Of a stretch of 64,000 nucleotides of DNA, positions 1-8,858 are shown piece by piece. The translations under genes and the position numbers were made by a program. Source of the DNA: a virus; IMG/VR virus record IMGVR_UViG_3300027917_000038, positions 11,892 through 75,891 of that record, one strand, 5' to 3'. The notes under the pieces were generated by a model. The model searched no databases and was not told the origin of the DNA. It saw only the letters and a list, made by a program, of their open reading frames with translations. Each line of letters begins with the position of its first letter. Within the stretch, counting starts at the first letter, position 1.

Positions 1-220
1 TTAAAAATTCTTTAGCAGTTCAAGAAATTGTTAGTGAAGATTTTGTTGGCAAACAATTGAAAAACGCACTAGATTGGTATGAAAATGAGTACGGATAAAA
101 ATTGGTATGAAACAAATGGAAATGTATTTGAAGATTTAAAAGCATTAAAAGAAAACTATATGGACGATGTGAATAATGGTAAATTTCCCATCAGTCCAGA
201 ATTATATAATTATTTAATGG

Positions 221-1237
221 GTGAAGATTATGACAAGGCAAAAAATTACTTTATCAAAATTGCAAATAAAAGACGCCATGGAAAATGGAGGAAAAACCTT
301 CAAAGAGCAAGCAGATTATTTAGGCGTTTGCGAAGACGTATATAGAAGAGAAAGAAATTTGTTAGAATTAAATGAAAAACATACAGAAGAAATGAAGTGT
401 CTTACAGAAAGAGACCCAAAATTAGAAATTAATAAAAGACTTGATATAGAAAGTTTAAAGAAAAATTGTAAAAAAGTTTACGACAGATCGAGGAAAACTA
501 TAGGATATAATGAAATAACAGTGGATCTTGGAGATGATGATGTTGGTGTTAAATTGGATTGCGACTGGCATATAGGAAACGAAATGACTGATTTAGTACA
601 ATGGTCAGAAGACATAGAATTTACAATTAAAACCCCTAGATTATTTACAGTTTTAAATGGAGATTATACTGATAACTTAGATGCTATAAGCAAAGGATAT
701 GAATCCATTATTACAGTTCCAGAAGCTAAGCAAAAAGTTGCGAATGCAGTAACAATGATGGGAGATAAAATATTGGGTGTTATTCAAGGATGTCATGATG
801 AATGGTTTTTTCAACAGGATTCATGGGATATTTCTCAATATTTAGCAGATCATTCTAAAGGATATTGGTTAGGATTTAGAGGAATTATAAACATTATATT
901 AGGCGAACAAACATATAGGATATACGTTAGACATAAGTATAGAAGACATTCAACAGATAATTTATGTTGGGGAATGTTGTATAAATTCAGAAAACTTAAA
1001 GACCCAGTTGACATAATGATGAGTGGTCATCATCACGTACTTGATGTTAGAACTTCTTATGAACGAGGACAAAAGGTTTATATGTTAAGAGGAGCGTCTT
1101 ATAAACCATTTGATAGATTTACGGAACATAAAGATATAGAACCAACTCCTGCATTAATGCCAGCAGTTTTACTCAGATCTGATAAACATTTAATAGTTCC
1201 TTTTGCTGACTTTAGGGATATAGAGGGTTATTTATAA
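221..1237 (+). CDS. Calcineurin-like metallophosphoesterase with N-terminal HTH-like segment
   Basis: Motifs DxH (DCDWH), GDxxD (GDYTD), GCHD (variant of GNHD), RH and GHHH in canonical order. Confidence 0.8.
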   Translation: MKIMTRQKITLSKLQIKDAMENGGKTFKEQADYLGVCEDVYRRERNLLELNEKHTEEMKCLTERDPKLEINKRLDIESLKKNCKKVYDRSRKTIGYNEITVDLGDDDVGVKLDCDWHIGNEMTDLVQWSEDIEFTIKTPRLFTVLNGDYTDNLDAISKGYESIITVPEAKQKVANAVTMMGDKILGVIQGCHDEWFFQQDSWDISQYLADHSKGYWLGFRGIINIILGEQTYRIYVRHKYRRHSTDNLCWGMLYKFRKLKDPVDIMMSGHHHVLDVRTSYERGQKVYMLRGASYKPFDRFTEHKDIEPTPALMPAVLLRSDKHLIVPFADFRDIEGYL

Positions 1238-1303
1238 CTACTTTTTTTATTTTTTTTTAATTTTGAAAATCTACTTTATAAAAGAAAAAAACATTATAAC
1301 AGT

Positions 1304-1573
1304 ATGATTTATGAAATTGGAAAAATGCGGAGAGAAGAAGTTCTTGAATTTAAACAATTAATCACGAGATATAAGAACTTCGATAAGTTGGATATATTGA
1401 TTGATTTGACTCTCCAGAAACTTGGAGTTTCTCGTGGCGATTTTGAATGCAGAGAAGTAAAACAAGAAAAGAAGAATGAAGAATTAGTAGTACAAACTGA
1501 AGCAGATCAATATAATAAGTTTTGTGACGGAGACAAGTGTGAGCTTCCTATTTTTCAAAATTCAAGATGTTGA
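1304..1573 (+). CDS. Small hypothetical protein with C-terminal FCDGDKCEL motif
   Basis: ORF preceded by an AT-rich TTTATAAAA box at ~1274-1282; Cx4C tail. Confidence 0.6.
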   Translation: MIYEIGKMRREEVLEFKQLITRYKNFDKLDILIDLTLQKLGVSRGDFECREVKQEKKNEELVVQTEADQYNKFCDGDKCELPIFQNSRC

Positions 1574-1740
1574 TCCCGTTCATTTTGAATTTTCTATATG
1601 AGAAGAGATTCTCATCTCATCACAAAATATAGTTTGGGAATGAAAAATTTAGAATTTTTATTTAATCTATCTTTTTTATTAAAAAGATCATATTCGGTGT
1701 CGTAAAAAATATATATTTATTCTCTTATTCTGTGATAGTT

Positions 1741-2280
1741 TCAGAGATATTCATACCACCAAAATTTACCTATATTTTTTACTAGGCAATTGTGTCGTTT
1801 TGCAAATTTGTCAACTTCTTCTATTACGGCACTATGCCCAACGTGTGTGTAATCATCACCACAAATATATTTCCCAACAAAATACCAAGCATTTAAATCT
1901 TTTCTAACACTTTCCTTTTTATGGTTTGCGTCTATATAAACCAAATCAACTTTTATACCTAATTTTTTAAATGCTTCTCCAACTTCCCAAGAAACTCCTT
2001 TTATGGGAATAATCTTATGTTTTTTATTTTTTAAGTGAGAAGAGATGTTTAGGAAAAATTGTTTTTCTGGATTTGCACATCTATTTAGTGAAAAATTCCA
2101 TGTGTCAATAGTAAACACATAATCCACATTTGGATGCGACGCTATTAAACATGCAGTATAACCAACAAAAGTACCAACTTCTACAACACTCTTAACTAAT
2201 CCAGTATTTAATATTTTTTTCCAAATTTTGTCGTGATGTGAAAAAGATTTTCCCTTACACCAATTAATCATGTTCGGCAT
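1741..2280 (-). CDS. Class I SAM-dependent methyltransferase (Methyltransf_24-like)
   Basis: VEVGTFVGYT motif I, IDTW, DLVYIDANH and ICGDDY. Confidence 0.85.
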   Translation of the reverse strand: MPNMINWCKGKSFSHHDKIWKKILNTGLVKSVVEVGTFVGYTACLIASHPNVDYVFTIDTWNFSLNRCANPEKQFFLNISSHLKNKKHKIIPIKGVSWEVGEAFKKLGIKVDLVYIDANHKKESVRKDLNAWYFVGKYICGDDYTHVGHSAVIEEVDKFAKRHNCLVKNIGKFWWYEYL

Positions 2281-2962
2281 TTTTATTATCTGATTTGCTC
2301 CATTTTCCTAATATAACATTTGCTTTAAAACAATGTTGACATGCCTTCCAAACTGGTAGTTTTTTCCACCATTGCTCCCAATTTGCTGACATTTGAACAT
2401 GTACTGAACTTAAATTATATTCACGCTCAATTCCTTCAGAAAGACAACATCTATACAATTTAGTTCCAATTATTCTTACTTGGTGAAAACATCTCTTCTC
2501 AACAGTTTTGGCGACATCTGGTGTTAGATTTGGGTCGTTATTTATATCCCACCAACCTCCCCATCCAGATATAGAAACGTGTGGTTTTCCTCTATATTTT
2601 TTTATTATTTTATCATTAAATTTAGGATATTCTGATATTCTCCAAACAAATTTATTAAAAATATTTTCTGGTACTTTATCAAGATAACTACCATTTGTTG
2701 AAACAACACATTTAGCTTTTGGAAACTTATTTTTTATTTTCAATAAAACTTTAGTATAATAAGGATGTAGAAGAGGTTCTCCTCCAATTATCAAAACCTT
2801 CTTTACATTTTTAATATATTCTTTACTAAAACAAGATAATACATAATCAAGTGATTCTGGTTCTATATAAGTAAAAGAACTAGTTTTTATTCTGTGACTA
2901 CACATGTCACATTGTTTATTACATAAATGAGTTATTTCAAATTCTGGGCTATTAAATGGCAT
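2264..2962 (-). CDS. Radical SAM protein
   Basis: CxxxCxxC (CNKQCDMC), GGEPLLHP, STNG and C-terminal Cys cluster (RCC...CQHC). Confidence 0.9.
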   Translation of the reverse strand: MPFNSPEFEITHLCNKQCDMCSHRIKTSSFTYIEPESLDYVLSCFSKEYIKNVKKVLIIGGEPLLHPYYTKVLLKIKNKFPKAKCVVSTNGSYLDKVPENIFNKFVWRISEYPKFNDKIIKKYRGKPHVSISGWGGWWDINNDPNLTPDVAKTVEKRCFHQVRIIGTKLYRCCLSEGIEREYNLSSVHVQMSANWEQWWKKLPVWKACQHCFKANVILGKWSKSDNKNAEHD

Positions 2963-3697
2963 TTAAACATCCATAATTGTTTTTTTAAATTCTTTAGTTA
3001 CATTGGCTTTAGCTTGTCTACTTTTCTTACTTCTGAACATATCAACACCAAAATGTTCTAATTTCTTTCTTCTAGTCTTTATAGGAACTACATATCTTTT
3101 TACATTGTTTTTCGCTAACATATAATTAAACCAAAATTCATCATCATAAGGAACTCCCCATCTTCTATATTGTTCCCATTGAAAAATTTCATCAGTAAAA
3201 TATTTTGGTTTAATTAAACAACCATATCCAGTAGAGATTATGTCACATCTTGTTGGTTTTGTGATTGTATCTCCATGAAACCATTTCTTATCCCAATTAT
3301 ATGGATCTGAATTTCTATAAAGATTACCTGCTCCTGAAATAACACCATCTATATTTTTTTCCCATTTTAATATATCTTTTATGAAATCTCTATAATATAC
3401 ATGGTCATCGTCAGTAAGAAGAATCTTCTGATTCTTTTTATTCCAATACATTTTTAGAGCTGGTAGAAATTTCCTTAATGCTCCAGTATTTTCTACAAAA
3501 AATACATTGCTTCTTTTACATTTTATATCAGGTTTATAATTAAATCCATCATCAAGATAAAAATTTTTTTTGCTTATAAAAATTAAAATTTTTTTTGGTA
3601 ATACTGATTGTTTAGTCCAAGAACGAATTATTTTTCCAATATTAGGTTCTCTTGCTTTTATTAATGCTAATGAAACTATAACTCCTCTTTCACCCAT
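2963..3697 (-). CDS. Putative GT-A fold glycosyltransferase
   Basis: KFLPAL...LLTDDDHVY DxD motif and DDEFWFN; lies in the sugar-enzyme cluster. Confidence 0.7.
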   Translation of the reverse strand: MGERGVIVSLALIKAREPNIGKIIRSWTKQSVLPKKILIFISKKNFYLDDGFNYKPDIKCKRSNVFFVENTGALRKFLPALKMYWNKKNQKILLTDDDHVYYRDFIKDILKWEKNIDGVISGAGNLYRNSDPYNWDKKWFHGDTITKPTRCDIISTGYGCLIKPKYFTDEIFQWEQYRRWGVPYDDEFWFNYMLAKNNVKRYVVPIKTRRKKLEHFGVDMFRSKKSRQAKANVTKEFKKTIMDV

Positions 3698-4692
3698 TTG
3701 ATTAATTTTCTAACACCTTCATTTGGTTCTATTTTAGGTTCCCAACATAACACATTTTTTGGAAAATCAATATCTGAAATATATTTTTGTTGATCTGCTG
3801 GTCTTGGTTTATGAAAACTTAGAAGAATTGGTTTATCAAGTTCCTCTGAAAGAAAATTAATCAATTCGAGCAAAGACATTGTGAAATTTTCTCCACCTCC
3901 CATATTAAAAACAAGTGGAGTTAATGAATCATCCATCATTATATAATTATAATACGCTTCTACTAAATCAGTTACATACAATAAATCTCTCACTTGGTTA
4001 CCATCACCAAAAATATTTATTGTTTTATCTTTTAATGCTGAATTTACAAAATGAGAAACCCATCCCTGATCTTCAATTCCGTGTTGATGTGTACCATAAA
4101 TACATGACATTCTAAATATAGCAACTTTCAAACCATAAGAATACGCATATTCTTGACAATACAAGTCGGCACATAATTTTGAAACCCCGTAAGGACTGTG
4201 ATGAGTATGATCAATTCTAGTGTTTTCTCCTACAATATAAAGATCAGGATGAAGATCCCAATTTCCACATTTGTTTGAATATTTTCTTAGAAAATCTCCG
4301 TATACTTTATTTGTAGAGGCAAAAATTATTTTTGGGTCATATTTTGTTATAGTTCTTACAGCTTCTAAAATATTAAAAGTTCCTATAACATTTGTTTCAA
4401 AATCATGTTCTGGATATCTCATTGATGTAGTTACGGCTGTTTGTGCCGCAAGATGAATTATTGCTTCTGGTTTATAATGATTTATTATTGTATCCATTTG
4501 CATTGACTTATAAACATCAGTTTTATGAAATTCTATTTTTTCTCCATACTTTTCCTGTAAAATTTTTAAGTTGTTTTCTGCTCCCTGTCTTGATAAATCA
4601 TCAACTATTATTACTTCCCATCCTTCTTTTATGAATTTTTTAGTGGTATGATAACCAATAAAACCTGCTCCACCAGTTATTAAAACTTTCAT
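3676..4692 (-). CDS. NAD-dependent nucleotide-sugar epimerase/dehydratase (CDP-paratose 2-epimerase-like extended SDR)
   Basis: TGGAGFIG, HLAAQTAVTTS, STNKVYG, YGVSK (YxxxK), RMSCIYG and EDQGWV. Confidence 0.9.
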   Translation of the reverse strand: MKVLITGGAGFIGYHTTKKFIKEGWEVIIVDDLSRQGAENNLKILQEKYGEKIEFHKTDVYKSMQMDTIINHYKPEAIIHLAAQTAVTTSMRYPEHDFETNVIGTFNILEAVRTITKYDPKIIFASTNKVYGDFLRKYSNKCGNWDLHPDLYIVGENTRIDHTHHSPYGVSKLCADLYCQEYAYSYGLKVAIFRMSCIYGTHQHGIEDQGWVSHFVNSALKDKTINIFGDGNQVRDLLYVTDLVEAYYNYIMMDDSLTPLVFNMGGGENFTMSLLELINFLSEELDKPILLSFHKPRPADQQKYISDIDFPKNVLCWEPKIEPNEGVRKLIKWVKEEL

Positions 4693-5243
4693 TTCTTTTT
4701 TCTCCTATTATGTGAATGAGGAAATTTTTCTCTCAATGTTTCTTTTCCTAAAAATGGACATAATTTATTATATCCATCTCTCTTAAAAACATTCATAATT
4801 AAAATATCTTCAGGTCTATCTTTAAAATATTTTAAAACTTTATCGTGATAATCTAAAAATCCTTTCTTATAACTTCTTCTATCAAAATATTCATTTCCAT
4901 ATAAAGTTTCTCTTATAAAAATTTGTTGATTTGATAATTTTGGTTGTTTAGTTCTTGAAAAAAACCATTTTGCAGAACTCAACCATTCTGTTAAATCTCT
5001 TGTTGTTAAAATAAATTTTGAATTTGGATACATTTCATCTAATGCAACGTAATTAATACAAACAGGTGTATCCGTTATGGCATCATAAATTTCTACTAAA
5101 TAATAAAAATGTTTAAGATTTGGGTAGTGTATTGTTTTATATCCTAATCTTTTTAAAGCGTTAGTAAGAGAAAGTGTGCCAGTTCTTGATAAACCAATAC
5201 CAAAAATTTTATTAATATCCTTCAAAATGATATTCGCCTCCAT
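4689..5243 (-). CDS. Sulfotransferase family protein
   Basis: GIGLSRTGTLSL 5'-PSB-like loop, KFILTTR...WLSS 3'-PB motif and LCPFLG...FPHSH C-terminus. Confidence 0.8.
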   Translation of the reverse strand: MEANIILKDINKIFGIGLSRTGTLSLTNALKRLGYKTIHYPNLKHFYYLVEIYDAITDTPVCINYVALDEMYPNSKFILTTRDLTEWLSSAKWFFSRTKQPKLSNQQIFIRETLYGNEYFDRRSYKKGFLDYHDKVLKYFKDRPEDILIMNVFKRDGYNKLCPFLGKETLREKFPHSHNRRKKK

Positions 5244-6282
5244 TTAATATTATTTCGGTTGCTTCGTTCAATCTTTTAGAAAATAATTTTGGGTTTGCTA
5301 CTTTTGCGGCTCTTTCTTGGTATTTTTTTACAAGATTAATATCCCATTTTTCTATTTTATCTAAGCAAAATTCAAAAGCATCTTTCATTTTATAATTAGA
5401 TGTGTCTATTATCATATCAGGAAACAATTGATACATTGCTCCATAACAATGAGGGCCAATACAAACACATCCATTGAAAAGAGCCTCGTAAATAACTCTT
5501 CCATAAGTCCAACGAAAACACAAATCAACCATAATTTTTGATTTCTTAGCAAGATTGTGAAATTTTTTCTGTCCTTCTGGATTCTTATTATTCAATGTAG
5601 TTTTATAAGGAAGTTTATCGTGATACATTTGTGCTATTGGGCTTTTTAAAAGAATTGCGTGAACATTATATCCTTGTTTATGTAATTTTCTTCCAATTTC
5701 TAATGTTTTAGTATAATTATAATAAAGCCTATTATCCATCATTAAGAGAAAATCAATAGATTTATTCTCATTAATAGGCTCTTCATATTTCTTATCATAA
5801 AGAGTAAGAGGAACTTTATTTGTGTGTCCCCAAAACATATTATAATCCATTGGTAATTCCCAAAGGAAATTTTTACAATTATCGTACATCATTCTATAAT
5901 GAGCAAATAAAGGTCTTGCTGGATTATGATCATAATGTGTCATATCAGTTGCGCCAGTTCCACATGCAAATTTTAACCAGCAAATTCTGGCATTTGCCAA
6001 TACTTTTCTATAATAGTGCTTATATTCATTAACAGAACGATCTGCCATGTGAAAAATTACATTTTTTTCCTTCCAGAAATCCATGTTCTTTCTTCTTGCT
6101 TGGTCGAAAGTAATTCTATCAGAGGGAACAGATTCTGGAAATATATTCGAAGGAAAAAATGTATCAGGAACAGCACCTTTTATAAAAGTAACTGTTATCC
6201 AATCTTTGTTATATTCTTGTTTTTTTCTTTTTTGTTTATTAGAAGGTCGCTGTTGACGCTTCTTTTTGGGCGGCACAACCAA
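5212..6282 (-). CDS. Putative GT-B fold glycosyltransferase
   Basis: C-terminal TYGRVIYEALFNGCVCIG resembles the GT4 FG...EA..G.P motif; cluster context. Confidence 0.6.
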   Translation of the reverse strand: MVVPPKKKRQQRPSNKQKRKKQEYNKDWITVTFIKGAVPDTFFPSNIFPESVPSDRITFDQARRKNMDFWKEKNVIFHMADRSVNEYKHYYRKVLANARICWLKFACGTGATDMTHYDHNPARPLFAHYRMMYDNCKNFLWELPMDYNMFWGHTNKVPLTLYDKKYEEPINENKSIDFLLMMDNRLYYNYTKTLEIGRKLHKQGYNVHAILLKSPIAQMYHDKLPYKTTLNNKNPEGQKKFHNLAKKSKIMVDLCFRWTYGRVIYEALFNGCVCIGPHCYGAMYQLFPDMIIDTSNYKMKDAFEFCLDKIEKWDINLVKKYQERAAKVANPKLFSKRLNEATEIILNGGEYHFEGY

Positions 6283-6283
6283 A

Positions 6284-6661
6284 TCAATCTCCGTTTAAGA
6301 TATGACTGTCATTATTTATCTTTTTATTTATTGCTGCTTTTACAGAATCCCTTAATTCTTGATTTTCTCTAATGACATCAACAATTAATTTAGTTTCCGG
6401 CATGTTGTATCCGTTTCCATTTGTTGCCTTTCCAAAAATACTAAATACAATAACGTTTGTCACAACTTGAATGGCAAATAAAATCATTACTATTGTCATT
6501 CCAAGTGAGTTTCCCATTGAGTAAGCCGCTTCCATACAAAATCCTAAAACTGCACCAATAATCATGTTAATTCCTGTTCCACACGCTATTGATATTTTCT
6601 TATAGTTTGTTTTTATATTATCTGCCCAAAATTTCATAAACAATTCTCTTATTTTACCCAT
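6284..6661 (-). CDS. Two-TM membrane protein, possible holin-like egress protein
   Basis: Two hydrophobic helices and a charged C-terminus; follows tail genes; AGGTGA RBS upstream. Confidence 0.45.
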   Translation of the reverse strand: MGKIRELFMKFWADNIKTNYKKISIACGTGINMIIGAVLGFCMEAAYSMGNSLGMTIVMILFAIQVVTNVIVFSIFGKATNGNGYNMPETKLIVDVIRENQELRDSVKAAINKKINNDSHILNGD

Positions 6662-6673
6662 TTTTTAAATCAC

Positions 6674-7870
6674 CTATGCTATATTATTAAGACCTGTGTC
6701 GAATGTATTAGTTCCACTATCATTATAATTATACAAATTACCCAAACAAGTATTTATACCAACAGTATTATTATTACAATTACTATTCTCTATGCTAATT
6801 CCGTATGAATAATTATAATTAAAACAGCCGTTTCCACAAATTGTGTTGTAACTACAATTATCCCATAAGACTATTCCGAATCCTGTACAAAGATAACAAT
6901 TATTATTATTAATAATATTATAATCAGAATCCTCTAAATATATTCCGTAAGAAGCAATAGAGCAAATGTTTCCAGATACAACACAATAAGAACAATTATA
7001 TAAACGAATATTATCATAAGAAACTTTACCCAATACAATATTCTCACTGATAATAAATTTAGTATTTCCATATAGAAAAATACAATTGTTCGATTCATAT
7101 ATAGTATTGCCTTTAATAATAACATTATCAACACCATTATCAGAAATTATACTGTATGTATCGTTAGATAATATATAATTGTTCATAATAATATGATTGT
7201 CGTCTTTTATATGTATTCCGGAATTACAACCTTCTATATGGCAATTAATTAATTCACAGTTTTTACTATTTAATTCTATTCCAACTCCATGACTTCCGTC
7301 TCCAACAATAGTAACGTTATCAATTTTAACTTTATTGTCAGAAGTCTCATTAACATTAATTATTTCTTCAAGTGTATTAGTTAGTGATGTAGCATCTATT
7401 TTAAAATTTCTTAACACACAACCTGTAGTGTTTGCTATGGAAAAAGTTGACCTATTTCCATTACAATCAAAAATAGTTCCATTTCCTGATCCTTCTATTA
7501 TATAACTTCCACCTTGATCAACACTAATAGTGTTTGTCAAAGTAAATGTGCCAGATTTTAGAATAATAATTCCTGCGCCTGCACCTATAGTATCAATAGC
7601 TGTTTGTAATTCTGCTGGAGTAGAAACTAACCAAACATCCTCATCAATAGATTTTAAATTGTTTATACTATTAGAATTTAAATCTAAATCCAAGTCCATA
7701 GAACCATAATGTAAATGATCTTTAACCCAATTTCTAATAGCTTTTTGAAGACCTGGACTTCCGTCTCCAACATTATCAACATTTTGAAGTAATCTTGGGT
7801 CGAATCTACCAGGAAATCTTGTACCAACAAAACTTTCAAAATCTCTTTCATACTGATCTGTCGTCATCAA
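6674..7870 (-). CDS. Right-handed parallel beta-helix protein (NosD/pectin-lyase-like), probable tail spike or receptor-binding protein
   Basis: ELQTAIDTIGAGAGIIILKSGTF start of beta-helix and repeated GIxL...N.I..N units with an Asn ladder. Confidence 0.75.
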   Translation of the reverse strand: MMTTDQYERDFESFVGTRFPGRFDPRLLQNVDNVGDGSPGLQKAIRNWVKDHLHYGSMDLDLDLNSNSINNLKSIDEDVWLVSTPAELQTAIDTIGAGAGIIILKSGTFTLTNTISVDQGGSYIIEGSGNGTIFDCNGNRSTFSIANTTGCVLRNFKIDATSLTNTLEEIINVNETSDNKVKIDNVTIVGDGSHGVGIELNSKNCELINCHIEGCNSGIHIKDDNHIIMNNYILSNDTYSIISDNGVDNVIIKGNTIYESNNCIFLYGNTKFIISENIVLGKVSYDNIRLYNCSYCVVSGNICSIASYGIYLEDSDYNIINNNNCYLCTGFGIVLWDNCSYNTICGNGCFNYNYSYGISIENSNCNNNTVGINTCLGNLYNYNDSGTNTFDTGLNNIA

Positions 7871-8093
7871 TATCTCCTTTTATTTTATCTTTTATCAATT
7901 TCTCCATTTCTTCTAAATATTTCCTTATTTCATTATTTTTACTTTTTTCGTTTTCGATTTCTTTTCTTAAATCTTTCATGTGTTTATGTGCCAAATATCC
8001 TTTATATGCTCTTTCCGCTTTTGCTTTTGAATCATAGATACATTTTCCGCTTCCAATTCTATACTTACCATTAGGACATTTATGAACAGGCAT
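7848..8093 (-). CDS. Small basic hypothetical protein
   Basis: MPVHKCPNGKYRIGSGKCIY N-terminus; overlaps neighbouring start/stop codons. Confidence 0.6.
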   Translation of the reverse strand: MPVHKCPNGKYRIGSGKCIYDSKAKAERAYKGYLAHKHMKDLRKEIENEKSKNNEIRKYLEEMEKLIKDKIKGDIDDDRSV

Positions 8094-8203
8094 TATCTTC
8101 TTCTCCGTCTATTTCTATTTCTTGGAGGATTACACCCTCCCCTACCTCTATTAAGTCGTCTTCCACGACCGCTTCCATCTCTTTTAGGTCTACTTCTTAC
8201 CAT
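8093..8203 (-). CDS. 36-aa Arg/Gly-rich microprotein, not in the ORF track (MVRSRPKRDGSGRGRRLNRGRGGCNPPRNRNRRRRR)
   Basis: ATG at 8203, TAA at 8095-8093 overlapping the next ATG; exactly fills the gap between two operon genes. Confidence 0.75.
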   Translation of the reverse strand: MVRSRPKRDGSGRGRRLNRGRGGCNPPRNRNRRRRR

Positions 8204-8204
8204 T

Positions 8205-8858
8205 TTATATCTCACCAAATTTCCATCTAATTTCTATATCATCATTAGCAATAAGAGGATCATCTGTATAGACACCAGTCACACCACAAACTCCACTTCC
8301 CCATAATGACGATCTACATAACATAGCACTGGGTTTTTCTGTTTCTATAAGTGATGGATCTGCTGTTGGGCCAGTTGATTTTAAAAACAACCCAAATTCT
8401 CTTATTTCTGTTCCACTTGGAATATCAGCAGGAACATTAAATCTTCCGATAAATTCAACAGTTTGATCAACACGTCTTGCTGTTAACACAACTCTACTTC
8501 CAACTTCATTTGATAAATTAGAATCTTCTGGACTAACTAAAATAGTAGAACCAATTGGATAATTACAAATTTGACCAGAGGGAATTCCTTGAGTTCCTAC
8601 TGCTCTTTCGCTTGATGAGTTATTAAACATACAAGTTCCAGCTCCTCCATATCGCTTAAATGTTAATAAACCAACCGCTCCACTCCCAGCTGCACCTAAA
8701 TTATGCCAAGATTTTATTCCAGCAAAACCATCTAATATATATTCCTTTCCATCATCTACTAAGAGATTTGGATGTTTTCTGTGTTCATATCTTTCTCCAT
8801 TTTTTTTTATCTTATTACTAGTTACCAATCCTTTAAATTTCATTTTAACATACTCCAC
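8205..8858 (-). CDS. Tail fibre/baseplate-attachment protein
   Basis: NLLVDDGKEYIL...IREFGLF pattern typical of tail-fibre N-terminal/collar domains; position after baseplate genes. Confidence 0.6.
   Translation of the reverse strand: MEYVKMKFKGLVTSNKIKKNGERYEHRKHPNLLVDDGKEYILDGFAGIKSWHNLGAAGSGAVGLLTFKRYGGAGTCMFNNSSSERAVGTQGIPSGQICNYPIGSTILVSPEDSNLSNEVGSRVVLTARRVDQTVEFIGRFNVPADIPSGTEIREFGLFLKSTGPTADPSLIETEKPSAMLCRSSLWGSGVCGVTGVYTDDPLIANDDIEIRWKFGEI

Noticed and set aside
7291-7772. Identical 17-mer GACTTCCGTCTCCAACA at 7291-7307 and 7756-7772 in the beta-helix gene; considered as a DGR or shuffling signal
   Set aside because: Both copies encode VGDGS in frame; no reverse transcriptase, adenine-variant template repeat or invertase was seen in the window
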